Positions 7,471 through 15,962 of a stretch of 32,000 nt of DNA are shown piece by piece. The notes under the pieces are model-generated. The model worked only from the letters and a program-made list of their open reading frames with translations, had not been told where the DNA came from and searched no databases. Position 1 is the stretch's first letter; every line of letters begins with the position of its first letter. Both the position numbers and the translations under genes were made by a program. This DNA is from Candidatus Saccharimonadota bacterium (GTDB lineage: Bacteria; Patescibacteriota; Patescibacteriia; 2-12-FULL-60-25): NCBI GenBank assembly GCA_963718585.1, contig OY970357.1:1050001-1082000 (forward strand), written 5' to 3'.

Positions 7471-8632
7471 GTCCAGGAGGGGGTTCGAGGAAGTTGATCA
7501 TCGTGATCCGATCCCCATCGCTTTCGGGCGCATCGTCTTCGCTGACGGATGCCGGCGTACCGTGCCGGAGCGTCGCTGGCTCGTTCGCGTCGAAGGGCAT
7601 GCCGGCTAGATCGATCTTGGGATCCCCAAGGTCAAGCGTGGGCATGCGTGCGCGATATGGACGCTGTGAGCTTGGGTTCTGGAGCTGGGAAGACTCCAAC
7701 AGGTCGTCGACCTCGTCTTGCACGTCGGGTGCGTCGAGTTCGGCGATGTCTTCACCAGAGATGGTGATCTCTGGTGCGTCATCGATCCGTTCTTCGACCG
7801 GCGTTGCCGAAGAGGGAGGCGAGAGTTTGCGCCACTCGTCCTCGAGCCCGAGGAGCGCCTGCGCCTCGAAGTCCGACAGGTCTTCGACCTTGATGCTGAA
7901 TCGAGCAGTGAGCGACTCGATCGCTTTCCACCGGTTGGCTTCAGCGGCCTTGAGCCGTTCGAGCTCCGTGTAGGGTTCCAGCGACTCCGCGGTCATGTGT
8001 TGGAGTTCCTGGTCGAAGCCCTCGCGTGCTTCCTTGTTCGCTTGCACGAGGTTCCGGATCGTCGCGCGTTGCTCGGCGCTCCGATTCTGGAGGATATTGA
8101 GTTCCATCCGCGTGGTCGCGAGTTCGCTCGCGATCGCCGCCGCATCCGCTTTTTGCTCGTTGATGCGGTACATTTCTTCCGCATTGCGGACGACGAGCTG
8201 CCGCAGGCGTGCCATGAGGCGGTCGTTCGTCCGCACGTATGCCTCGAAGAGGCCGGTGTACGCCTCGACGTTCTGCGGGAGCATGTCCGGCATGAACTCG
8301 ATCACGATGACCTGGCTCACGGCCTTGTATCGGACCGGAGGGCCTCCCTCCTCTCTTCCGAAGAGCTTGCTCATGTTGAAGTGCTCTCCGAATTCGATCG
8401 TGCCAAGGCTCATCGTGCGATAGCCGGTCGGCGTGAGGACGTCCGTTTCGACGCGGATCACGCCTTTACGAACGACGTACGCCGGATCATCCGGACCGCA
8501 TGGGATGAGATCGCCTTCTGCGAAGGGGATATCATAGACCTTCGGCAACTCTCGCATCCGGCCCACAGCAGGCCGGTGGAGTGGAGTGACCTTCTTGGTC
8601 GGCTCCCCGTTCCGCTGCTTCGGACTGTTCAC
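7460..8632 (-). CDS. hypothetical protein: cNMP-binding-like beta-barrel N-domain, coiled coil, acidic C-terminal tail
   Basis: GTG start with AGGAGG 6 nt upstream. The N-domain FAEGDLIPCGPDDPAYVVRKGVIRVETDV...LGTIEFGEHFNMSKLFG...VRYKAVSQVIVIEF resembles a cyclic-nucleotide-binding fold. A heptad-rich region spans residues 130-250. The D/E-rich tail is low in complexity. Confidence 0.7.
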   Translation of the reverse strand: MNSPKQRNGEPTKKVTPLHRPAVGRMRELPKVYDIPFAEGDLIPCGPDDPAYVVRKGVIRVETDVLTPTGYRTMSLGTIEFGEHFNMSKLFGREEGGPPVRYKAVSQVIVIEFMPDMLPQNVEAYTGLFEAYVRTNDRLMARLRQLVVRNAEEMYRINEQKADAAAIASELATTRMELNILQNRSAEQRATIRNLVQANKEAREGFDQELQHMTAESLEPYTELERLKAAEANRWKAIESLTARFSIKVEDLSDFEAQALLGLEDEWRKLSPPSSATPVEERIDDAPEITISGEDIAELDAPDVQDEVDDLLESSQLQNPSSQRPYRARMPTLDLGDPKIDLAGMPFDANEPATLRHGTPASVSEDDAPESDGDRITMINFLEPPPGQKY

Positions 8633-8781
8633 GTTGGACCTCCTGGTTCAGGTGGAAAGGTACATTCGGCGCACATCGCCGAACAAAGGAATCTAGCCGA
8701 AAAAAGGCTTTTCGTCAAGGTTCCCTCACTCACACTATACGTCCAAAATCGAAAAAAGTGTCCTTTTTTAAGAAAAAGGGG

Positions 8782-9984
8782 TTAGCTATCGGCTTTTTCG
8801 AGGACCACGATCCGTCGGGCGACGCGTTGGCCTGGTCGCATATAGAGGAGAGGCCCACCGGAAGCTTCCCACCCCTCGAGAGGATCGACGATCCGGTATC
8901 CGAGTCGCGGGAGATCATTCGTGAGATCGACACGCATGGTGCCATTGGATGTCTTGAAGCTGGGCCAGATGCACACGATGCGCGAATGCTTTTTGAGGAT
9001 CGGCGAAAGAGACGTGAGCGCATCATTCCAGAGACGGGTGATCTCATTCGCATTTTCCTCCAGCGCGGCTTTCGATTCATGCCCGTGGAGCGGGGGACCG
9101 AGGTGACCTTCGGTCACGACACGGTCGATCGTCGAAGGTTGGATATATTCATTCAGTCTCCGCACATCTGAGGTGTAGAGTTTCGTGCGTGCCGAATCAT
9201 CTTCGTGCAGGATCTTTTCATCGATCAGCCATTCCAGATTTTTTCGGCAGCTTGCGATCTGTTTGTCGCTGATGTCGCTGCCGATGATCATGCCTGCATT
9301 CGTCGCTAGTGCGGCTTCCATGAGGATGGTCCCGTTCCCGCAAAAGGGGTCAAGGATCGTCCCGTTTTCTGGAGATTGTGCGAGATTTACCATCATGCGC
9401 GCGAGTTTCGGCGGAAGCATCCCACTGATCTCATCACGTGACGGACGCCCGTAATCCCGTGTGCTCCATGCATCCGCATCTTGGACGTGTGTCGTGAGCC
9501 CGACGGCGACCCGTCCGTTTTCAACGATCAGACAGATGTCGAGACCCGTATGGATGAGGTCGAGCTTCGCGACCGCCGCGGGAGAGAGCGGTGTGTTTCG
9601 TTCACCGGTCACCCAACGCGTGGAATGACCTTCAACCTTTAGAGACTTCTTAAAACGGATCGCGCATTTTTCCAGTTGGGTTTGGAGCGATCGGGTGCCG
9701 CCGTACACGGACCAGCCGAAATCAAATGATCGTTTCGGGATCCGATCTGCAAGCATGTGGAAGATCTGTGCGGCGTCCGTATGTTCTGTCTCGATCTCCC
9801 CGACGATCTCTCCAAGTTTGATCGTCCCCCCTAATCTCATCATGAGATCATCTCCATTCCATTCAGGGTCTGTGATGAGAGCGACATGTCCCGCGATGAT
9901 CGGTGGGTCGATATGTGGTCGGATGGCACGAAATTCGGCCAAGCTCAGCCGTGGATGGGTTCCAAATACCGTAAAGTGGCGCAT
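8782..9984 (-). CDS. SAM-dependent RNA methyltransferase, Trm11/UPF0020-like
   Basis: MLPPKLARMMVNLAQSPENGTILDPFCGNGTILMEAA gives the substrate-arm motif plus SAM motif I. GSDISDKQI is motif II and VVTEGHLGPPL is motif IV-like. The N-terminal roughly 170 aa is a THUMP-like substitute domain. Confidence 0.75.
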   Translation of the reverse strand: MRHFTVFGTHPRLSLAEFRAIRPHIDPPIIAGHVALITDPEWNGDDLMMRLGGTIKLGEIVGEIETEHTDAAQIFHMLADRIPKRSFDFGWSVYGGTRSLQTQLEKCAIRFKKSLKVEGHSTRWVTGERNTPLSPAAVAKLDLIHTGLDICLIVENGRVAVGLTTHVQDADAWSTRDYGRPSRDEISGMLPPKLARMMVNLAQSPENGTILDPFCGNGTILMEAALATNAGMIIGSDISDKQIASCRKNLEWLIDEKILHEDDSARTKLYTSDVRRLNEYIQPSTIDRVVTEGHLGPPLHGHESKAALEENANEITRLWNDALTSLSPILKKHSRIVCIWPSFKTSNGTMRVDLTNDLPRLGYRIVDPLEGWEASGGPLLYMRPGQRVARRIVVLEKADS

Positions 9985-9990
9985 GCCGAC

Positions 9991-10018
9991 ATGCTAGCAG
10001 GGATTGACAGCCTGTGAA
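9991..10018 (-). promoter_or_regulatory. candidate promoter giving a leaderless methyltransferase mRNA
   Basis: The minus strand reads TTCACA (10018..10013), a 16-nt spacer, TAGCAT (9996..9991), then gtcggc and ATG at 9984. Confidence 0.35.
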
Positions 10019-10162
10019 ACTTGACATGGACGCTAATGTATGATGCATTAAGCCATCCGTCATGGTGTGGTTCATGGCTAGAAATAGCCAAAAACCGCCG
10101 ACGGCGGCCCGAACTTTTCCAGACGAACCAACCCACAACGAACACAAAAGGAGAGAGGTATC

Positions 10163-12733
10163 GTGAAAACCCGCAACCGGTTGTTTCAGATGATCCTCGC
10201 GGTCGCGTGCTTGTTCGTCGCACTGCCCGCCGCGGCTCAGCCGCTGCGGGAGGGCGTCCAGTACACGGTCGTGAGCCGCATGGGGGACGTGATCCGCGTA
10301 AAGATCGCGGAACGCGTCAACATCAACACGCCCGAGTTCGCAAAGGCCTTCGGCACCACGCCGGAGGACATTCGCTCGGACAACCCGACCCACACCCTCG
10401 CGCTCTGTAAGCGCGTGGGCGATGGGTATCATTGGGCACTACACCCCAAGTCCAACGCGATCGCGGACATCATCGCCGCACGCGCTTCGAACGCCATCTG
10501 GACGACGTGTCCGGAAAACCTCCGATACACGTACATCGTCCCGGGTGAGACGCTGACGCTCACGCAGGTCCATCATCTCACCTTCGGCGAGAAGCAAGCG
10601 ATCCTCACGGATCTCGAGTCTCCTGCCTGTCAGGGGGACGCCTCGTGCGTCAACAAAAACCTCGCGAAGTTGGGTGTGAAGGTCCAGAGCGGCACTGCAC
10701 ACGCAGCGTCGCCTCAGACCAATGCGCCCGCCGAAACGTCGTCGAAGCCGAGTCCTGCACCCGTGGTCCAGTCGCCCGCCGTCCGTCCGTCTGCTCAGAC
10801 GAACTCGGGGAGACTCAATGTCACGATCCTGGCGTTCATCTGCATCCTCCTTTTGGGAGGAGTCGTCTACCTATTCGCCCGCGATCGTTCGTTCCAGCGG
10901 GAACGAGACAACATCGTGACCCTGAGGGCTCAGATCGACGAGCTTGACGAAGAGAGAGGGAACCTCTCTCGGAAGTTCGGGCAAGCCCAAGCTGAGAATG
11001 TGCAGCACGCCAAGCTGGTGTCGCAGCTCCAGGGAGCGATCGCATCGCTCACCTCCGAAAAGGAATCTGCCGAGAAGGCCTATGGGTCCGCGGTCGCCAC
11101 CGCACATCACCACGCGAAGGAGTGTGGTGTCGCGTACGGTCAGACGACCACGGTCGGTGAAGTCCTTCAGCGCATCCGCGGAAAAAATGACGCAGCTCTC
11201 GCGACGGAAACTCGCGAGAAGGAAGAGGTTTTGAACAACCTCGGAAGCGTCAAGCGTGTCCTCACGGATAGAGACCGTGAGTTGACCGAGGTGCGGAATC
11301 ATCTCGAAGCAGCGCAAGCGGAGATCGCGAGACTTCAGGCAGACAAGTCCCTGTACGCCGAACTCGTCCAGCAGAAGACGGCCAACGATCGTCGACTCCT
11401 GGAGATCGAGGCGGAACTCGAGCAGGTCGGTGACGACTATCAGGGTAAGCGCGCGGCGTACGACGCCGAGCAGGCTGACCCCATGGTCCCCCTGACGGTC
11501 TCGCGTAGTGAGATCGAGCGGCTCGAACAGCGTCTTCACGTACTCAACACCGAGCGGTCTGAGCTGTCTGAGCGGATCCCGATCGCACGGAAGGCGCTGC
11601 AGGACTGCCATCTTCGTCTGACGGGCATGGCTGCCACCGAAGAGGTGCTGTATGCCGAGGCGCAGCTTGCCCGCGATGAAGCGGAAAAGATACGCGCCGA
11701 AGCCGTCGCACAACGTTCGGTTGCGCATGATCTCCGAGCCTATGTCGAGCGCGGTCGAGAGCAGTTGAACGCCGATCGTGATGCCAACAAGGCTGAGCGA
11801 GCGGAGCTCGACGTGGTCAAAGCGAGCATCAACGACCAACAAGCCGCGATCGGCGAACAGCAAGCGGTCATCAAGCGAGAGGGGGCGCAAGTCCACCGCC
11901 TGCTTGAGGATACGCTGGAAGCCATCGGCATGCCTCGTGATCTCCCGCTGGAAGGCGTCGAGAAGCTCGGGGGTCCCAGCGGTCTCATCTTCCTCGCGGG
12001 TGAGAAGCTCAAGGAGGGAGAAAAGGAGATCAAGCGCCTCAGCACGGATCTGAATCTCCTGAACCAGGATCATCAGCATCTGGCGCAGGGTCACCAAACG
12101 CTCCAACAGGACATGAAGGCGCTGAAGGGCGACCGCTCGGTCCTCATGGAGACCATCGACATCAAGGATGAGAAGCTCGCTGCGCTCGAGCGGCAAAAGG
12201 ATGAGCTCAAGCAGCGTAATGCTGGGCTCGAGAAGCTCCTGCAGCAGGACGCATCCGTCGACGAGGATGTCGAGGTCGTCATCCCGCGGGATTCGGTGAT
12301 CCCACCGGATATCGCGGATCTGGCTGATCAAGAGGCCGGTGTTCCGCCGCGTTCGATCAGTGAGGTCAAGCGCGTCAACGGCACCGCACTTCACGACGAA
12401 GCGCCCACGCAGCCCCTCCAGGAACTCTGGAAGGGGATCCGAAGCGCAAGCGAGGTCCCCGTAGATGTGATGCTCAAAGTTGCCTCTCGAGAAGACTTTT
12501 GGGCATTGCATGGGTTTCTCTTCCGACGTGTGGAGTTCGACGTTCAAGCGATCTGTGAAGATGAAGAGGGGAACCTCTCCGTAGAGATCGCGGAGATGCT
12601 GAAGCTCCAAAAGGTCACGACCCGACTGGGTCGGAGCACGATCGTCGATGTGGAGTGGTTCGCTCAGACCCTCTCTCCCCAGTACCGACCGGTCACCAAC
12701 CGAACGTTGGTGCCCACGGGCTTGAGGGGGTAG
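10163..12733 (+). CDS. membrane-anchored giant coiled-coil protein (856 aa), unknown function
   Basis: GTG start with AAAGGAGAGAGG upstream. Signal peptide MKTRNRLFQMILAVACLFVALPAAAQP. Extracytoplasmic domain of about 190 aa. TM helix LNVTILAFICILLLGGVVYLFA. About 480 aa of heptad-rich E/Q/R/L sequence, then a roughly 130-aa globular C-terminus. Confidence 0.8.
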   Translation: MKTRNRLFQMILAVACLFVALPAAAQPLREGVQYTVVSRMGDVIRVKIAERVNINTPEFAKAFGTTPEDIRSDNPTHTLALCKRVGDGYHWALHPKSNAIADIIAARASNAIWTTCPENLRYTYIVPGETLTLTQVHHLTFGEKQAILTDLESPACQGDASCVNKNLAKLGVKVQSGTAHAASPQTNAPAETSSKPSPAPVVQSPAVRPSAQTNSGRLNVTILAFICILLLGGVVYLFARDRSFQRERDNIVTLRAQIDELDEERGNLSRKFGQAQAENVQHAKLVSQLQGAIASLTSEKESAEKAYGSAVATAHHHAKECGVAYGQTTTVGEVLQRIRGKNDAALATETREKEEVLNNLGSVKRVLTDRDRELTEVRNHLEAAQAEIARLQADKSLYAELVQQKTANDRRLLEIEAELEQVGDDYQGKRAAYDAEQADPMVPLTVSRSEIERLEQRLHVLNTERSELSERIPIARKALQDCHLRLTGMAATEEVLYAEAQLARDEAEKIRAEAVAQRSVAHDLRAYVERGREQLNADRDANKAERAELDVVKASINDQQAAIGEQQAVIKREGAQVHRLLEDTLEAIGMPRDLPLEGVEKLGGPSGLIFLAGEKLKEGEKEIKRLSTDLNLLNQDHQHLAQGHQTLQQDMKALKGDRSVLMETIDIKDEKLAALERQKDELKQRNAGLEKLLQQDASVDEDVEVVIPRDSVIPPDIADLADQEAGVPPRSISEVKRVNGTALHDEAPTQPLQELWKGIRSASEVPVDVMLKVASREDFWALHGFLFRRVEFDVQAICEDEEGNLSVEIAEMLKLQKVTTRLGRSTIVDVEWFAQTLSPQYRPVTNRTLVPTGLRG

Positions 12734-12784
12734 AAGGGCCTCCAATGGAGGGCCATCCCTCAACGGACCCCCGCGGTCCACCTC

Positions 12785-12815
12785 ATCCCCGCCGTGAAAA
12801 CGGCGGGGATTTTCT
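12785..12815 (+). terminator. intrinsic terminator after the coiled-coil gene
   Basis: ATCCCCGCCGtgaaaaCGGCGGGGAT followed by tttct. Confidence 0.75.
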
Positions 12816-12827
12816 ATATCGCGATGG

Positions 12828-12856
12828 TTGACGGGTTCCGAGATGTTCGGTAAGGT
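12828..12856 (+). promoter_or_regulatory. rpsF operon promoter
   Basis: TTGACG (12828-12833), 17 nt, then TAAGGT (12851-12856). Confidence 0.55.
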
Positions 12857-12926
12857 CGCGCTACGAATCCTTAACCATGGGTGGCCATACCCGCCTCGCG
12901 CGGGTTCCCTGAAAAAGGGACATCCT

Positions 12927-13499
12927 ATGACTATGTCAGAAGAAGACAAGCGGATCCGGGAGTATGAACTCCTGTACATCATCCCCGCGACGTATACCGA
13001 CGATGAGATCGGGAACGTCGAAGGTCGGGTGAAAGAGATCCTCGAAAAACACGGTGCATCGATCCTTTCCACAGTCCGTCTCGGGAAGTTCCGGTTCGCC
13101 TATCCGATCAAGAAGGTGCGGCACGGGCATTACGTGCAGGTTCGGCTCAACGCCGAGTCGCAGGCTGTGCAGGCCATCGAAGCGGCCCTGCGCATCTCGT
13201 CAGAGATCCTGCGCTTCATCTTCGTCCGCGCGGATGAGGTAGGTTCCGCACCGTTCGAGATGGTGCAGTTCACGGAAGTGAATATCGATGCGCGTGATGA
13301 TCGCTCGCGTCGGCGTCGTGAAGGCACGACGGACAAGCAGAAGCTGTCAGAGATCAAATCCGGTGTTGAGGCCCTCGAGGGCGGACTCAAGCAGGAGGAT
13401 GATGAAGCATCCACGCCATCCGAGCCAGATAAGAAGGAGATCTCGGACGAGGAGCTGGAAAAGAAGATCGAGAGCGCCCTCAAAGACGAAAACGCGTAA
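12927..13499 (+). CDS. rpsF: 30S ribosomal protein S6 with long acidic C-terminal extension
   Basis: ORF trimmed to ATG 12927 (AAAAAGGGA upstream). The S6 core is YELLYIIPATYTDDEIGNVEGRVKEILEKHGASILSTVRLGKFRFAYPIKKVRHGHYVQVRL. About 90 extra D/E/K-rich residues follow. Conserved rpsF-ssb-rpsR order. Confidence 0.92.
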   Translation: MTMSEEDKRIREYELLYIIPATYTDDEIGNVEGRVKEILEKHGASILSTVRLGKFRFAYPIKKVRHGHYVQVRLNAESQAVQAIEAALRISSEILRFIFVRADEVGSAPFEMVQFTEVNIDARDDRSRRRREGTTDKQKLSEIKSGVEALEGGLKQEDDEASTPSEPDKKEISDEELEKKIESALKDENA

Positions 13500-13529
13500 T
13501 CCAAAGAGAACGTTTCAACTGCACTATCT

Positions 13530-13976
13530 ATGAACCTCAATCGCGCCATGATCATCGGGAATCTCACGCGGGATCCCGAAGCTCGGACCACGACGAGCGG
13601 ACAGTCGGTCTGCAACTTCAGCGTCGCTACGTCATCTCAATGGACGGACGCACAAGGTCAGCGTCAGGAACGGACGGAGTATCATCCGATCGTGGCGTGG
13701 GGGAAGCTCGCAGATATCTGCAGTCAGTATCTTGCAAAAGGCCGAAAGGTCTATATCGAAGGCCGTCTGCAGACGCGCGAATGGGAAGGTCAGGATGGCA
13801 GCAAGCGTCAGCGGACGGAGATCGTCGCGGAGAACATGATCATGTTGAGTCCGCCTCCTCAGGGTGGCGCATCGACCTCATCGAGCGGAGGACCATCGAC
13901 CTCTGCCCCGTCCATGCCAAAGGTGGATCAGGGGATGGGGGACAATGAGATCCGCGTCGAAGACATCCCATTCTAA
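13530..13976 (+). CDS. ssb: single-stranded DNA-binding protein
   Basis: The OB fold is MNLNRAMIIGNLTRDPEARTTTSGQSVCNFSVATS...YHPIVAWGKLADICSQYLAKGRKVYIEGRLQTREWE. A Gly/Ser/Pro linker follows, and the C-terminal tip is EDIPF. Confidence 0.93.
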   Translation: MNLNRAMIIGNLTRDPEARTTTSGQSVCNFSVATSSQWTDAQGQRQERTEYHPIVAWGKLADICSQYLAKGRKVYIEGRLQTREWEGQDGSKRQRTEIVAENMIMLSPPPQGGASTSSSGGPSTSAPSMPKVDQGMGDNEIRVEDIPF

Positions 13977-14026
13977 CTTGTAGATTCCAGAACCTAACTA
14001 CTCACCATCCGGTTGTACCGATCCCT

Positions 14027-14050
14027 CCCCGCCCTTCGCGAAGAGCGGGG
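14027..14050 (+). other. GC-rich stem-loop between ssb and rpsR (no T-tract)
   Basis: CCCCGC-c-CTTCGCGAAG-a-GCGGGG. Possibly an intercistronic processing or attenuation structure. Confidence 0.3.
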
Positions 14051-14066
14051 TTAGAACCATAAACCT

Positions 14067-14300
14067 ATGAGAGCACGATCACGTAAGACCAAGATCATCC
14101 GTACGGAATGTCTGTTCTGTAAGTCAAACGCCAAGATCATCGATTATAAGGACACCAACATGTTGCGCCGATACCTGTCTTCATTCGGGAAGATCGTGTC
14201 GCGCAAGCGGTCCGGGACCTGTGCGTGGCACCAGCGGAAACTCGCGAACGCCATCAAACGCGCACGGTTCATGGGCCTGCTGCCGTACCTGGTCCAGTAA
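14067..14300 (+). CDS. rpsR: 30S ribosomal protein S18
   Basis: CLFCKSNAKIIDYKDTNMLRRYLSSFGKIVSRKRSGTCAWHQRKLANAIKRARFMGLLPY. Confidence 0.93.
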   Translation: MRARSRKTKIIRTECLFCKSNAKIIDYKDTNMLRRYLSSFGKIVSRKRSGTCAWHQRKLANAIKRARFMGLLPYLVQ

Positions 14301-14320
14301 GGATAAAACCGTTGAAACAT

Positions 14321-14411
14321 CTTCGTCTGCATTGTTGCGGGGCCCTGCCGGCTCGTCAGCGTACCTCACAGTACGCCTCCCTCGCCGGCCTCCCGCGCCT
14401 CGCAGACGAAG
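14321..14411 (+). repeat. structured intergenic repeat, copy B (divergent arms, same core and fold)
   Basis: Outer perfect 10-bp stem CTTCGTCTGC (14321-14330) / GCAGACGAAG (14402-14411). Inner stems are gcggg/cccgc, gccggc/gccggc and gcgtac/gtacgc. The core CAGCGTACCTCACAGTACGCC lies at 14357-14377. Confidence 0.65.
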
Positions 14412-14454
14412 CGTTTCGACGGTTTTTGTGTTTGAAGGTATCGTCCCAAGTGAT

Positions 14455-15435
14455 ATGGATCTCCAAACGTTGAGCACGCGCTCTCGGATCATCCGGCTCA
14501 TCCGCCGGTGGTTCGACGAACACGGATTCACGGAGATGCACACGCCGCGGCTCGTCGGTCTCCCGGGACAAGAGCCGTATCTCGAACCGTTTTGGACAGA
14601 GGTGAGCGAAGCGAACGGGACGAAACATCCCGCAGCCCTCATCACCTCGCCCGAGTACGCGATGAAGCGGATCCTCGCCGAAGGGTTCGATAAGATCTAC
14701 GACCTCGGCCCGTGCTTCCGCAATGATGAACCGTGGGACGGCACACATGATCCGGAATTTTTACTGCTCGAATGGTATCGCCGCGACGCGGGTCTTGCGG
14801 ATCTCATGCGCGACACGGAAGAGATGATCCGCTGGGTCGCAGCTCAACTTCCCACTATGCGATTCTCATTTCCATCGGCTCCCTTTCGCCGCTTTACGGT
14901 CGAAGAGGCATGGCGCCAGGTTGCGCACATCGAGATCGCGCCGCTCCTTGGCGATCGCGAAGCCTTGGTGCGCGTCTGCCGCGACCGTGGACAGACCGTT
15001 TCGGAGACGGATTCGTGGGACGATCTGTATTTCAAGATCTTCCTTTCCGAGATCGAGCCGAAGATCGGCGAGGAGCCGACGTTCTTGACCCGCTATCCCG
15101 CATCACAGGCCGCACTCGCTCGTCGTTCGGTGGACGATCCACGTTGGGCGGACCGGGTCGAGCTGTATATCGGCGGACTTGAGCTGGCGAACGGTTTTGC
15201 AGAACTATCGGATGTGGATGAACAACGGAAACGGTTCGAGGAGGAACGCTCCACGCGCGCTTCACTCGGCAAACAGACCTGGCCGCTCGACGAACGCTTT
15301 CTTACCACGCTGCCGAAGATGGGCGATGCAGCCGGCATCGCCTTTGGCGTCGACCGGTTCGTCATGCTGCTGGAAGGTGCGTCGCGCATCGCAGACATTC
15401 TTCCCTCAACCCCGCAGGAGCGCTTTCTGCATTGA
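14455..15435 (+). CDS. epmA: EF-P lysine ligase (class II LysRS paralog, EpmA/PoxA/GenX)
   Basis: ORF 14221..15435 trimmed to ATG 14455 (326 aa, the typical EpmA length). Class II motifs are FTEMHTPRL, KIYDLGPCFRNDE, PEFLLLEWY, ELANGFAELSD and GIAFGVDRFVMLL. efp lies 530 nt downstream. Confidence 0.85.
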   Translation: MDLQTLSTRSRIIRLIRRWFDEHGFTEMHTPRLVGLPGQEPYLEPFWTEVSEANGTKHPAALITSPEYAMKRILAEGFDKIYDLGPCFRNDEPWDGTHDPEFLLLEWYRRDAGLADLMRDTEEMIRWVAAQLPTMRFSFPSAPFRRFTVEEAWRQVAHIEIAPLLGDREALVRVCRDRGQTVSETDSWDDLYFKIFLSEIEPKIGEEPTFLTRYPASQAALARRSVDDPRWADRVELYIGGLELANGFAELSDVDEQRKRFEEERSTRASLGKQTWPLDERFLTTLPKMGDAAGIAFGVDRFVMLLEGASRIADILPSTPQERFLH

Positions 15436-15475
15436 CAAACACGACCGTCCAACGCAAGGTCGCATCCGTGAAAGG

Positions 15476-15904
15476 ATGGTGATGGATCCGTTCATTCTCG
15501 ATCGTCTCAGGTTCTCGATCTCATTGGCGCTACGCCTCGACGATGGACCGGTGATCCGGTTCGCACCGTGGGTCCGGCAACAGGCGTACCCGTCTCTCTA
15601 TCCAGGCGTCGATCTGATCGATGTTTGCACGATCACGTTCCGTGCGAGTGTCCAGACAGATGACGTACGATCCTTTGCAGAGACGATGGGAGCCCGACTT
15701 CCCTCGCTCCGCGAGCTCGTTGCGTATGGCCGCATCCGACACACCCGCATAGGCGTTGCACCGATCGTCGCGATCGGGCCACTCTTTGAGAAGTCATCTG
15801 CGCTCTTTCTCCGTCGGACGCATCGCGACCTCCACTGTTCCGCCGCGTGGGGTAAGCCCTATTGGTCTCCCGATTGTCAGTTTCTTCTGCTCGCCCCCGT
15901 CTGA
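15476..15904 (+). CDS. hypothetical protein (142 aa) between epmA and efp
   Basis: ATG 15476 is preceded by GAAAGGA. Codon usage resembles neighbouring genes. The segment MGARLPSLRELVAYG recalls the RLP(T/S)xxE(L/W) motif of DUF1566/FGE-like folds. The stop codon sits in the loop of a clean terminator hairpin. Confidence 0.45.
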   Translation: MVMDPFILDRLRFSISLALRLDDGPVIRFAPWVRQQAYPSLYPGVDLIDVCTITFRASVQTDDVRSFAETMGARLPSLRELVAYGRIRHTRIGVAPIVAIGPLFEKSSALFLRRTHRDLHCSAAWGKPYWSPDCQFLLLAPV

Positions 15905-15920
15905 CGGGGGCTTTTCGTTT
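15893..15920 (+). terminator. intrinsic terminator after the 142-aa gene
   Basis: GCCCCCGtctgaCGGGGGC followed by ttttcgttt. Confidence 0.75.
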
Positions 15921-15921
15921 C

Positions 15922-15950
15922 TTGACGCACGACCGTTTTTCCCGCATAGT
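15922..15950 (+). promoter_or_regulatory. efp promoter
   Basis: TTGACG (15922-15927), 17 nt, then CATAGT (15945-15950). The ATG lies 12 nt later, so the leader is very short. Confidence 0.55.
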
Positions 15951-15962
15951 CTGGCCACATTT

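Noticed and set aside
7718-8785. 355-aa plus-strand ORF
   Set aside because: It is fully antisense to the 390-aa minus-strand gene, which has an AGGAGG RBS and domain-like sequence. The translation is Arg-rich and featureless.
10871-13072. 733-aa ORF on the minus strand
   Set aside because: It is antisense to the coiled-coil gene and to rpsF. The translation is Arg/Leu/Asp-rich with no motifs, and it overlaps a well-supported S6 gene and a terminator-promoter pair. It is a typical shadow ORF in GC-rich repetitive-codon sequence.
14221-14454. N-terminal 78-aa extension of the epmA ORF
   Set aside because: The extension overlaps the end of rpsR and runs straight through repeat copy B. ATG 14455 gives the canonical EpmA length and N-terminus.
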